From an uncultured Lentimicrobiaceae bacterium (GTDB lineage: Bacteria > Bacteroidota > Bacteroidia > Bacteroidales > 4484-276): a stretch of 64,000 nt of DNA. Position 1 is the first letter of the stretch. Every line of letters starts with the position of its first letter. Below the pieces are notes generated by a model. The model was not told the DNA's origin. It worked only from the letters and a program-made list of their open reading frames with translations, and made no database searches. The position numbers and the translations under genes are program-made. Shown piece by piece: positions 27,332-35,251 of this stretch. The stretch is taken from NCBI GenBank assembly GCA_964593705.1, contig CAZQIV010000022.1, forward strand, positions 1,416 through 65,415, read 5' to 3'.

Positions 27332-27431
27332 GTTTCGTTCGTTTTGATGTATTCAAAGATAATGCTTTCGGTAATATTGAAAAAACAGAATTGCGGAGTT
27401 GAAAAACAAACTTTTTTTGAAGGGTAATTTC

Positions 27432-28586
27432 TCACTTAAATAACACACAAACGGGAGCAGGGGCTTCAACTTCACCAACGAATTTTAAAAGTCCTGTGGA
27501 TTTATCCCGTTTGAAACTCACTAAATTGTTGGAGTTTTGATTGGCAACTACAAGAAATTCTTCATCCTGCGAAAGTGCAAAATGACGAGGGCTGTCACCG
27601 TGTGTTACCTCAAAACCCAGCAGGTTTAATTTTCCATCGTTGGGGCTTACTCCAAATATTGCGATGCTGTTGTGCCCCCGATTGGATGCATAAATAAACT
27701 TTCCATCCATCGAAATTACAATATGTGCGCACTTGCTAAATTGATCAAAATCTGGGGGAAGTGTTGAAATGGAAGGGCCAGTGCTATATTCTCCGGTTTT
27801 GTTCTTTTCGACCAAAGTGATGGTGTTGTTGAGTTCATTCAACACATAGATCCATTTTTGGTTTGGATGAAAAGCAAGATGCCGCGGGCCGGCTCCGGAA
27901 GCCATTGCTAATTTATGAGGGTTTCGTGGAATTATTTTTTGACTACCCTTTTCAATTTCGGAAAACCAAAGTTCGTTGGTTCCCAAATCAGCGGTGATAA
28001 TCCCTGAACCATCCGGCTCAAACCATGCCGAATGTGCGTGGGGGCTTTCCTGGCGGTCGGTAATGCCTTTGCCTTCGTGCTGCTCAACATCCAGCAAACC
28101 CGAAAGTTTCCCGTTTTTACCCAGCTTTAGCAAGCCCACATTTCCACCAGTGTAATTGGCCACCAGAACATCCCCATCCGGATTAATAGTTACAAAACAA
28201 GGATGTGTGCCCCCCGAGGGTTTCTGGCTTTTGCGTCTCAACTTTTTACCTGCTACCCTGTATGATTCAACCGATCCCATTCCGTTATTCTTCTTTGTTT
28301 CACTAACAGCCAGCAAATATTTTTTATCAGCACTCATAGCCAAAAATGATGGATTATCGGAAGTTGCCGCAAGCCCAAGTGGTTTAATAATGCCTCTTTT
28401 ATTTAATGCAAAAGAATAAATACCTTCGCTCTCACCATTGGTGTATGTTCCTACATAAAACAATGGCCGTGCTTGTTTTTCTTTTGGTTTCTTGTTGAAC
28501 ATGTTGCAACTTATTAAAAGAGATAAGGCCAAAAATGCAATGCTGGTTTTGGTAAATTGAATTTTGCTTTTACTCATGGCTCTCAT
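27432..28586 (-). CDS. Lactonase-family 7-bladed beta-propeller lipoprotein (6-phosphogluconolactonase-like)
   Basis: Lipobox LLISC. Repeated blade motifs, GAGPRHLAFHPNQKWIYVLNELNNTI and GDSPRHFALSQDEEFLVVANQNSNN. Confidence 0.8.
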   Translation of the reverse strand: MRAMSKSKIQFTKTSIAFLALSLLISCNMFNKKPKEKQARPLFYVGTYTNGESEGIYSFALNKRGIIKPLGLAATSDNPSFLAMSADKKYLLAVSETKKNNGMGSVESYRVAGKKLRRKSQKPSGGTHPCFVTINPDGDVLVANYTGGNVGLLKLGKNGKLSGLLDVEQHEGKGITDRQESPHAHSAWFEPDGSGIITADLGTNELWFSEIEKGSQKIIPRNPHKLAMASGAGPRHLAFHPNQKWIYVLNELNNTITLVEKNKTGEYSTGPSISTLPPDFDQFSKCAHIVISMDGKFIYASNRGHNSIAIFGVSPNDGKLNLLGFEVTHGDSPRHFALSQDEEFLVVANQNSNNLVSFKRDKSTGLLKFVGEVEAPAPVCVLFK

Positions 28587-28764
28587 AAATTATTGTTTGA
28601 AAACAAATATAGGGAAAATAATCATTTCAAAAAGCTTTGTTACATTATCCCACATTAATTACGCTATTTGAACCACATAAGTTTTGATCTCATTGAAGCC
28701 TTTCTTATTTAAACTTTGGTGGTTTCAAGCCTATTATTTGAGCCTGATGCTCCCCGGCTATTTG

Positions 28765-28830
28765 AACCACATAAGTCACATGAGTTCAATGAAGTTTTCC
28801 TTATGTGAACTCATGTGTGCTTATGTGGTT
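28765..28830. repeat. Long hairpin of CACATAAG-type sequence downstream of the GxxExxY gene
   Basis: aaccacataagtcacatgagttca ... tgaactcatgtgtgcttatgtggtt. The motif ctatttgaaccacataag also occurs as a direct repeat at 28663 and 28757. Confidence 0.7.
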
Positions 28831-28840
28831 AAGAAAAAAA

Positions 28841-29299
28841 CTATTCCGGTAAACCTCTGAAGAATTCATTGATGTAGGTTTTCTGTCCATCGTAAAAAAT
28901 ATTGGTTACATTGAAGTTGATCAACAAACCTTTGGGTGCTTCCAATAGGTTTATGTAGTTGATGAGTATGGCTTCATGTATAGGCAGAACTTCTTTCACA
29001 GCTTTGATTTCCACAACCAAAATGTCTTCAATAAAGAAGTCGCATCTAAAATTTGCATCAAGAATATGATCCTTATATTCAACGGGAATTATGAACTCAG
29101 ATTTAAATTCGATCCCCCTCAAGGTGAGCTCTATTTCCATGCATTTATGATATACACTTTCCAGATGTCCCGGACCCAGGGCTTTATGTACTTCAATTGC
29201 GGCACCATTAACTTTGTAAACCAGATTCTTTAAATATGTGTTAAAAATCGAAATTGTCAGGATCGGGGCCGGTGCGCTTGTTTTGATCCAGTGCATCAA
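28841..29299 (-). CDS. GxxExxY-family protein
   Basis: GAAIEVHKALGPGHLESVYHKCMEIEL is the defining motif. The true start is probably internal or non-ATG, because the listed start overlaps the AKR gene by 59 nt. Confidence 0.75.
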   Translation of the reverse strand: MMHWIKTSAPAPILTISIFNTYLKNLVYKVNGAAIEVHKALGPGHLESVYHKCMEIELTLRGIEFKSEFIIPVEYKDHILDANFRCDFFIEDILVVEIKAVKEVLPIHEAILINYINLLEAPKGLLINFNVTNIFYDGQKTYINEFFRGLPE

Positions 29300-30074
29300 T
29301 GGTCGTCATATCCTCCGGTGAAATCACAAAATCAAAAATTTGTGCGTTTGAAAAAATCCTGTCCTTTTTCACCGATTTAGGTATGGTAATTACACCCTTT
29401 TGTAAGTCCCATCTTAACAGAATTTGTGCAGGCGTTTTGCCATACTTTTCAGAAAGCATTACAATGGTTTCATCAGCAAAGATCTTTCCCCGGGTCAATG
29501 GACTCCAGGCTTCGTATTGAATGTGCTTAGTCTTACAGAAGTCAAGCAGTGGTTGTTGAACCAACCAGGGATGAAATTCCATCTGATTTACCATGGGAGT
29601 AATTTGCGCTGCTTGCATAAGTTCTTCCAGATGGGGTTGCAAAAAATTACTTACCCCAATGGCTTTAACATATCCCTTAGAATACAAAAATTCCAGGGCT
29701 CTCCAGGTTTCGGTAAACATTCCATTTACCGGCCAATGTATCAAATACAGATCGATGTATTCAACTTGCAGTTTTTTCAAACTTGAGTTGAATGCAGCAA
29801 TGGTTTTATCAAAACCCTGATCGGAATTCCAAACTTTGGTTGTGATAAATATTTCCTATCGGTTAACCGGGCTTCCGGCAATTGCCTTTCCTACCCCTAT
29901 CTCATTTTTATAAATGGCTGCTGTATCAATATGCCGGTAGCCGGCATCTAAGGCAAAATTCACAGCAGCTACAACTTCTTTGTCATTGTCAGCCTGAAAA
30001 ACTCCCAATCCGAAATAGGGCATTTCAACACAATTATTTAGTTTAACCTTACCATCAATTCCTGATACTTCCAT
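29241..30074 (-). pseudogene. Aldo/keto reductase interrupted by an in-frame TAG (29856-29858)
   Basis: ORFs 29856-30074 and 29241-29780 share one frame. The read-through text ...[53 protein letters not shown] is a continuous AKR sequence, with the stop where Glu is usual. Confidence 0.8.
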
Positions 30075-30107
30075 TGTAATTACATAATTTTGCTCGCAAA
30101 GATCGAT

Positions 30108-30141
30108 AAAAAAATCAATGCCCCATCTTGTTGGAATGGGG
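30108..30141 (-). terminator. Possible intrinsic terminator (minus strand)
   Basis: The minus strand reads ccccattccaacaagatgggg followed by cattgattttttt. Confidence 0.35.
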
Positions 30142-30389
30142 TATCAAAACTTCAAAAAATTGTTTCGGGTTGTCGAAAACCCAGCAATGACAGCGCAAAA
30201 GAGGTTTATAGTTCTGATATCACCCATCAAATCAACAATTTGAAAAGTTTGATAAAATAACCCTTTTAATTGTAACAAAGTAATTGGCTTAGTTAAATTT
30301 GAATGGATTATTTTCGCATGAAAATTCGACTTATGAGTTATTCCCACCATTTAATTTGGTGGACTTAGGTAATTGTTAACTTCCACGCT

Positions 30390-30470
30390 TGCCCCGATCA
30401 TTCGGGGGGCATGACTGTCCGAAGAACTCCTATGGAGAAACATCGTTCAATATTATCCGTGCATCCGTGG
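30390..30470. repeat. Half copy of the 24381-24492 element
   Basis: ccccgatcattcggggggcatgactgtccgaagaactcctatggagaaac...atccgtgcatcc parallels the arm of the palindromic element. Confidence 0.65.
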
Positions 30471-30484
30471 CTAATTTTATAAAG

Positions 30485-33073
30485 ATGAAAAATGTATTCT
30501 TTTTATTTCTTTCATTCATTGTTTTACTTTCCTGCCAAAGCGGGACGGACAAGAAAACACGTTCCACTATGAAAATCAATAAAAACTGGCAATTTAGCGA
30601 AGCTGGCTTAGGTCAATGGCTGCCTGCCGAAGTTCCCGGAACAATCCATACCGATTTGTTGGCCAACGGCAAAATCGAAGATCCCTACTATCGCCTGAAT
30701 GAAAAAGACCAACAATGGATCGATAAAAAGAATTGGGAATACAAAACGGAATTTGAGGTGTCGGAAGGTTTGCTGGCGAAAGACAATGTTGAAATGATTT
30801 TTCATGGTTTGGATACTTATGCCGATGTTTTTCTGAATGATAAACTTATCCTTTCGGCAGATAATATGTTTCGCACCTGGAAAGTGGATTGTAAGACATA
30901 TTTGGTGAAAGGTAAGAATAACATGAAAGTTTTGTTGAAATCGCCAACCATGATTGGCCTTGAAAAACTTGAAGCAAGTCCTTATATTTATCCAGCCTCA
31001 AACGATCAATCGGAAAATGGTGAAATGGGCGAAAACCGTGTGAGCGTTTTTACTCGTAAGGCCGGCTATCATTTTGGCTGGGATTGGGGGCCACGCCTGG
31101 TAACTTCAGGTATATGGCGAGATATTGAAATGGAAGGATGGAATGAGGCTAAGATAGAAAATGTTCAGGTTGTTCAAAATACATTGAGCCTTTCATCTGC
31201 AAAATTGCAGGCTATGATCGAAATCCGCTCAGATAAAGCACAGGAAATTTCCATAAATATAAAGTCTGATGGAAAAGAAATTGCCACTGAAAACATATCG
31301 CTTGTTGCAGAAACAAAACTGCACTCCATAAACTTTGAAATTACAAACCCTGAATTATGGTGGCCCAATGGTTTAGGCGATCAAAAGCTGTATAATTTAG
31401 ATTTTATTCTTTCGATGAATGGAAAAACTCTGGATGAAGAAAAAGTTAATGTTGGGATCAGAACCATTCAATTGATTCAGGAACCAGATGCAGATGGAAA
31501 TGGGAAGAGTTTTTATTTTGAAGTAAACGGAAGGCCGGTTTTTGCCAAAGGCGCCAACTACATTCCCAACGATGTTTTCCTGCCTCGGGTTAGCCCCGAA
31601 AAATACGAATACATCGTGAAATCGGCCGCCGATGCCAACATGAACATGTTGCGTGTGTGGGGTGGAGGGATTTATGAAAATGATTTGTTTTACGACTTAT
31701 GCGACAAATACGGCATTTTGGTGTGGCAGGATTTTATGTTTGCCTGCTCCATGTATCCCGGCGATGATGCTTTTTTGGAGAATGTAAGGCACGAAGCCAT
31801 CGACAATGTAAAACGCATCCGAAACCATCCAAGCCTTGCTTTATGGTGTGGCAACAACGAAATCGAAAATGCCTGGGCCGAGTATGAAGAAGGCCGTGGC
31901 TGGGGCTGGAAAGAGTTATATACGCCCGAACAGCGCAAGGAAATCTGGCATGCTTATGATACACTTTTCCACAGCATCCTTCCCGAAGTTGTAAAAGCCT
32001 ACGATTCCTCCACAAATTACTGGCATTCTTCACCATCGGCAGCAATGGGCGAGTTGGCCGGCTACGACACCCGCTCCGGCGATATGCATTATTGGGGCGT
32101 GTGGCATGGACAGCATCCGTTTAGTGATTTCAAGGTTTATAAAGCCCGCTTTATGAGTGAATATGGCTTTCAGTCTTTCCCCGAATTTGCTTCCGTAGAA
32201 AAATATACCATTCCCGAAGATTGGGACATTGAGTCGGGGGTGATGGCTTCACACCAGCGTTCAGGAATTGGCAACCTGCGCATCCGTCAATATATGGAGG
32301 ATGATTACGTGATTCCAAAAGATTTTGAGCAAGTGCTTTATGTGGGGCAGGTTTTGCAAGCCGAAGGAATTAAATCGGCCATCGAGGCACACCGCAGCGA
32401 TATGTCTTATTGCATGGGTTCGCTCTATTGGCAAATCAACGACTGCTGGCCGGTGGCTTCCTGGTCGGGGATTGATTATTACGGCAAGTGGAAAGCCCTG
32501 CATTATTTCGTGAAAAAAGCTTATAAAAACACCGTTGTTTTTGTGGATGAGAAAGACGGGAACCTGGCCTTTAGAATTGTTTCTGACGTACCTGATAAAT
32601 TTAAAGGAAACCTTAAAATTCAGCTTATGGATTTTAGTGGGAACAATTTGGGCGGAAAGGAAGTAAAAGTTGAAATTCCTGCTAATGATTCAAAAATGGT
32701 CTTTGAAATTCCAACCAGAGATATCCTGAAAAGAGCCTATAAAAAAGCTGTTGTTTTAGTAGCTACTCTGGAATCTAATCAAAAAGAAATCGACAGGGCA
32801 TTATACTATTTTGCAAAGCCCAAAGATTTAAAACTTCCCGGGGTAAATATTTCCATTGATGTTATCGAAGAAAATGGAGTAATGAAAGTTATCCTCGAAT
32901 CGGATAAGCTGGCCAAGAATGTTTTTTTGGTAAATGATGATTGCCGTTTTTCTGATAACTTTTTCGATGTGCTTCCTGGCGAGAGGGTGGAGGTATATGT
33001 TGAAACTTCGCTTACTGCCGAAGAAATACAAAAACAAATTAAGATGAAGCATTTGCAGGAGACGATGAAATAA
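30485..33073 (+). CDS. GH2 beta-mannosidase lipoprotein
   Basis: Signal peptide and lipobox LLSC from the ATG at 30485. NWQFSEAG...LPAEVPGTIHTDLLANGKIEDPYY, acid/base WCGNNE and nucleophile MSEYGFQSFP motifs. Confidence 0.85.
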   Translation: MKNVFFLFLSFIVLLSCQSGTDKKTRSTMKINKNWQFSEAGLGQWLPAEVPGTIHTDLLANGKIEDPYYRLNEKDQQWIDKKNWEYKTEFEVSEGLLAKDNVEMIFHGLDTYADVFLNDKLILSADNMFRTWKVDCKTYLVKGKNNMKVLLKSPTMIGLEKLEASPYIYPASNDQSENGEMGENRVSVFTRKAGYHFGWDWGPRLVTSGIWRDIEMEGWNEAKIENVQVVQNTLSLSSAKLQAMIEIRSDKAQEISINIKSDGKEIATENISLVAETKLHSINFEITNPELWWPNGLGDQKLYNLDFILSMNGKTLDEEKVNVGIRTIQLIQEPDADGNGKSFYFEVNGRPVFAKGANYIPNDVFLPRVSPEKYEYIVKSAADANMNMLRVWGGGIYENDLFYDLCDKYGILVWQDFMFACSMYPGDDAFLENVRHEAIDNVKRIRNHPSLALWCGNNEIENAWAEYEEGRGWGWKELYTPEQRKEIWHAYDTLFHSILPEVVKAYDSSTNYWHSSPSAAMGELAGYDTRSGDMHYWGVWHGQHPFSDFKVYKARFMSEYGFQSFPEFASVEKYTIPEDWDIESGVMASHQRSGIGNLRIRQYMEDDYVIPKDFEQVLYVGQVLQAEGIKSAIEAHRSDMSYCMGSLYWQINDCWPVASWSGIDYYGKWKALHYFVKKAYKNTVVFVDEKDGNLAFRIVSDVPDKFKGNLKIQLMDFSGNNLGGKEVKVEIPANDSKMVFEIPTRDILKRAYKKAVVLVATLESNQKEIDRALYYFAKPKDLKLPGVNISIDVIEENGVMKVILESDKLAKNVFLVNDDCRFSDNFFDVLPGERVEVYVETSLTAEEIQKQIKMKHLQETMK

Positions 33074-33097
33074 AACTACAGATTGGAATTTTCCGGG

Positions 33098-33703
33098 CTA
33101 CAGATCTTCTTCTTGGCGTTCTTTCAAAGCTTTTTTCACCTTTTTCATGTTGGCCAGCTTCCCGGGTTCAAGTATGGTTTTGCCATAATCGGTTTTAAAC
33201 TCGTGATCTTTGAAAAACCTGAGGGTTCTCTCCAAATATTTTACTGCATTTAATTCTTCACCATTCACGGCCGAAAGTTCATCCCAAAATATCTGGGTGT
33301 CTTCCATAAAATCCCCTTGCGAAACATGGTATAAATCAGCATCACAAAGTATGGCTGAAAGACTATCCTGAGGGGTTTGTGGAATTTTGGTTGCGGCAAT
33401 ACACTTTTCAACCTGGGCAATAAAGACCTCGTCTATGCCGTGTTTGGTAAGGAATTCGCGGGCATATTTTCGGCTGATGTCTTCGTGATTTTTAATTTTC
33501 TCCAGATATCCCACATCGTGAAACCATGCCGAAATACAAAGCTTTTCAAGATCAGAAGCCGAAACGTTGCATTTGGATGCAATCAGCTTTGAAGCCTTCA
33601 CAACATTTTTGGTGTGCTTAATATTATGGTATCTTAACTTGTCATCGCTATGCTCTTTAAATAGTGCTGTTACATGTTTTTCAGCTTCCACGAGGATATT
33701 CAT
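33098..33703 (-). CDS. HD-domain phosphohydrolase
   Basis: YHNIKHT ... AWFHDVGY (H...HD motif). 201 aa. Confidence 0.75.
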   Translation of the reverse strand: MNILVEAEKHVTALFKEHSDDKLRYHNIKHTKNVVKASKLIASKCNVSASDLEKLCISAWFHDVGYLEKIKNHEDISRKYAREFLTKHGIDEVFIAQVEKCIAATKIPQTPQDSLSAILCDADLYHVSQGDFMEDTQIFWDELSAVNGEELNAVKYLERTLRFFKDHEFKTDYGKTILEPGKLANMKKVKKALKERQEEDL

Positions 33704-33906
33704 ATTACGAAACTTTTTAATTCATAATTCAAAGAAAAGAATTTTTAGACCAGTATTCCAGTAAAAACCATTTGCCATTTTCTTTATTTTTCCTGTGAGG
33801 AAATGTAGGGGCATTGTCGGTTAGAAGCTCATGGGCAATTCCACAAATAGCAGGATACTTTTAAAAAAGAATGGCCTGCCTAAATCGACATACCAATCCT
33901 ATCCAA

Positions 33907-34041
33907 TTAATGTTTCTGGCCATGTTGACCATGATCTTTTTCTAACGCATCCCTTCGCTCATACTGGCAGCAGCCGGGTAGGTTTTCATAAACCTTTTCA
34001 TCGGCAATTATATGCAGATAGCTGTTAGCAGTAACACCCAT
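33907..34041 (-). pseudogene. Orphan 44-codon ORF equal to the C-terminal tail of an HMA-domain protein
   Basis: ...ADEKVYENLPGCCQYERRDALEKDHGQHGQKH matches the tail KVYEGLPGCCQYERKKDMDHDHEGHRH of 42286-42669. An in-frame stop lies two codons before its ATG. Confidence 0.5.
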
Positions 34042-34075
34042 AGGGTTTTATTCTCGTATTTGTTTCTTTTTTCAA

Positions 34076-35251
34076 TCATAAATATCGATTTAATTCTGCC
34101 AAAGCCTTGATCATATCCCTTTCCAATTCAAGCGAAGCTTTTACACTTTCGTAATAAATGGAGCGTTCAAGCATGTAATTAATCAAAGAAATCTCGCCTT
34201 TATCCAGGGCTTTTATTAACAACCCCGAATTATCAATAGTTTGCAGTTTTGATTTATAATCGCTTACGTTATTTTGAAGGCCAGTGGCTTTTGTATGTAA
34301 AATCATTAGCCGATTATACAATTGCACCTTATTGTCGCTTGCCAGGTTTTCGGCGGCCAATACGTTTGCTTTCGCAAATTTCACCTTGTTTTTGTTTTCC
34401 CATAAGGGGATGGACAAGCCAAAGCTTACGCCCTGGAACTCTTCGCCGACTACTTTTTCGCTCATGTAGCCTGCCTGAATCTTAGGCAAGCTCATTGCCC
34501 GGTTCAGACTAACTTGCTTTTGGCTGAGTTCTATCTCTTTTTTCAACCAATTCAACAAGGGGTTATTTTGCTCGGCTTGTGCGTACCATTGCTCAAAATC
34601 GGAAGGAATTGTTGTGTCGGGAAACTCACTCCGGGTAAATTCGATGGGAATCCCTCCATTTAGCCGGGCTAATTCACCAAGCATAGCTACTCTTTCGATG
34701 GTAAGCGATTCCATTTCCTTTCTGAGATTAAGCAAATTTAATTGAGCTTTATTGTATTCCAATATATTTGTTTCGCCCGCATCGAGTTTTGCTTTGTAGG
34801 AGTTGGCAATACTTTCGGCATTCGAAATTCTTTTTGAAAGTTCTACCGTTAAGGCATTGGTATAAATCAAATCGTAACAGACCAAACGTGCATTGAAAAG
34901 TAGCTCTTTACCTTGCTTTTGAAATTCAAGGGCTACTTGTTCATTTTTAATATCCGATATTTGATTTTTATAGCCATAAGCAGTTGGGAAGTCAAAGGTC
35001 TGTTTGGCACTAAAATCCGTGCGGTTACCAACCACATCATTCCCCCACAAATAGTTGAATTCTATTTCAGGGTTTTGCAGGTAAATTCCGGTTTTATTTC
35101 CCAACTTATTGGCTTCTGCTCTTTGTCTTAAAGCAGAAAGCGTAGTGTTATTCTTTTCAATCTCATTTAAAACACTATCAATATTGTTTTGAGCGAAAAG
35201 GGATATGCTGAATGGTACGATACAAATTATCGTTATAATTATTTTTCTCAT
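34076..35251 (-). CDS. TolC-family outer membrane efflux protein (CzcC-like)
   Basis: Signal peptide, 391 aa of coiled alpha/beta repeats. Start overlaps the stop of the RND pump gene. Confidence 0.8.
   Translation of the reverse strand: MRKIIITIICIVPFSISLFAQNNIDSVLNEIEKNNTTLSALRQRAEANKLGNKTGIYLQNPEIEFNYLWGNDVVGNRTDFSAKQTFDFPTAYGYKNQISDIKNEQVALEFQKQGKELLFNARLVCYDLIYTNALTVELSKRISNAESIANSYKAKLDAGETNILEYNKAQLNLLNLRKEMESLTIERVAMLGELARLNGGIPIEFTRSEFPDTTIPSDFEQWYAQAEQNNPLLNWLKKEIELSQKQVSLNRAMSLPKIQAGYMSEKVVGEEFQGVSFGLSIPLWENKNKVKFAKANVLAAENLASDNKVQLYNRLMILHTKATGLQNNVSDYKSKLQTIDNSGLLIKALDKGEISLINYMLERSIYYESVKASLELERDMIKALAELNRYL

Noticed and set aside
9988-30074. Amber (TAG) codon reassignment or programmed read-through, given two conserved genes with in-frame TAG
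   Set aside because: TAG is used as the normal terminator of several well-supported genes in the same window (stops at 12505-12507, 16198-16200, 21458-21460, 22230-22232). The third broken gene carries TAA. Point-mutation pseudogenes or consensus errors are the simpler reading.
30144-30350. 68-aa minus-strand ORF upstream of the aldo/keto reductase
   Set aside because: It has no recognisable motif and an odd composition. A weak terminator-like hairpin follows it (30108-30141), so a small transcript is possible, but a coding call is not supportable.
30389-30484. ORF-track N-terminal extension of the beta-mannosidase (start at 30389)
   Set aside because: The extension begins with a non-ATG codon and is a translation of a repeat element. 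A canonical signal peptide with lipobox starts at the ATG at 30485.
33831-34028. 65-aa plus-strand ORF between the HD gene and the TolC gene
   Set aside because: It has no motif. The opposite strand carries the recognisable HMA-tail remnant, which explains the open frame better.
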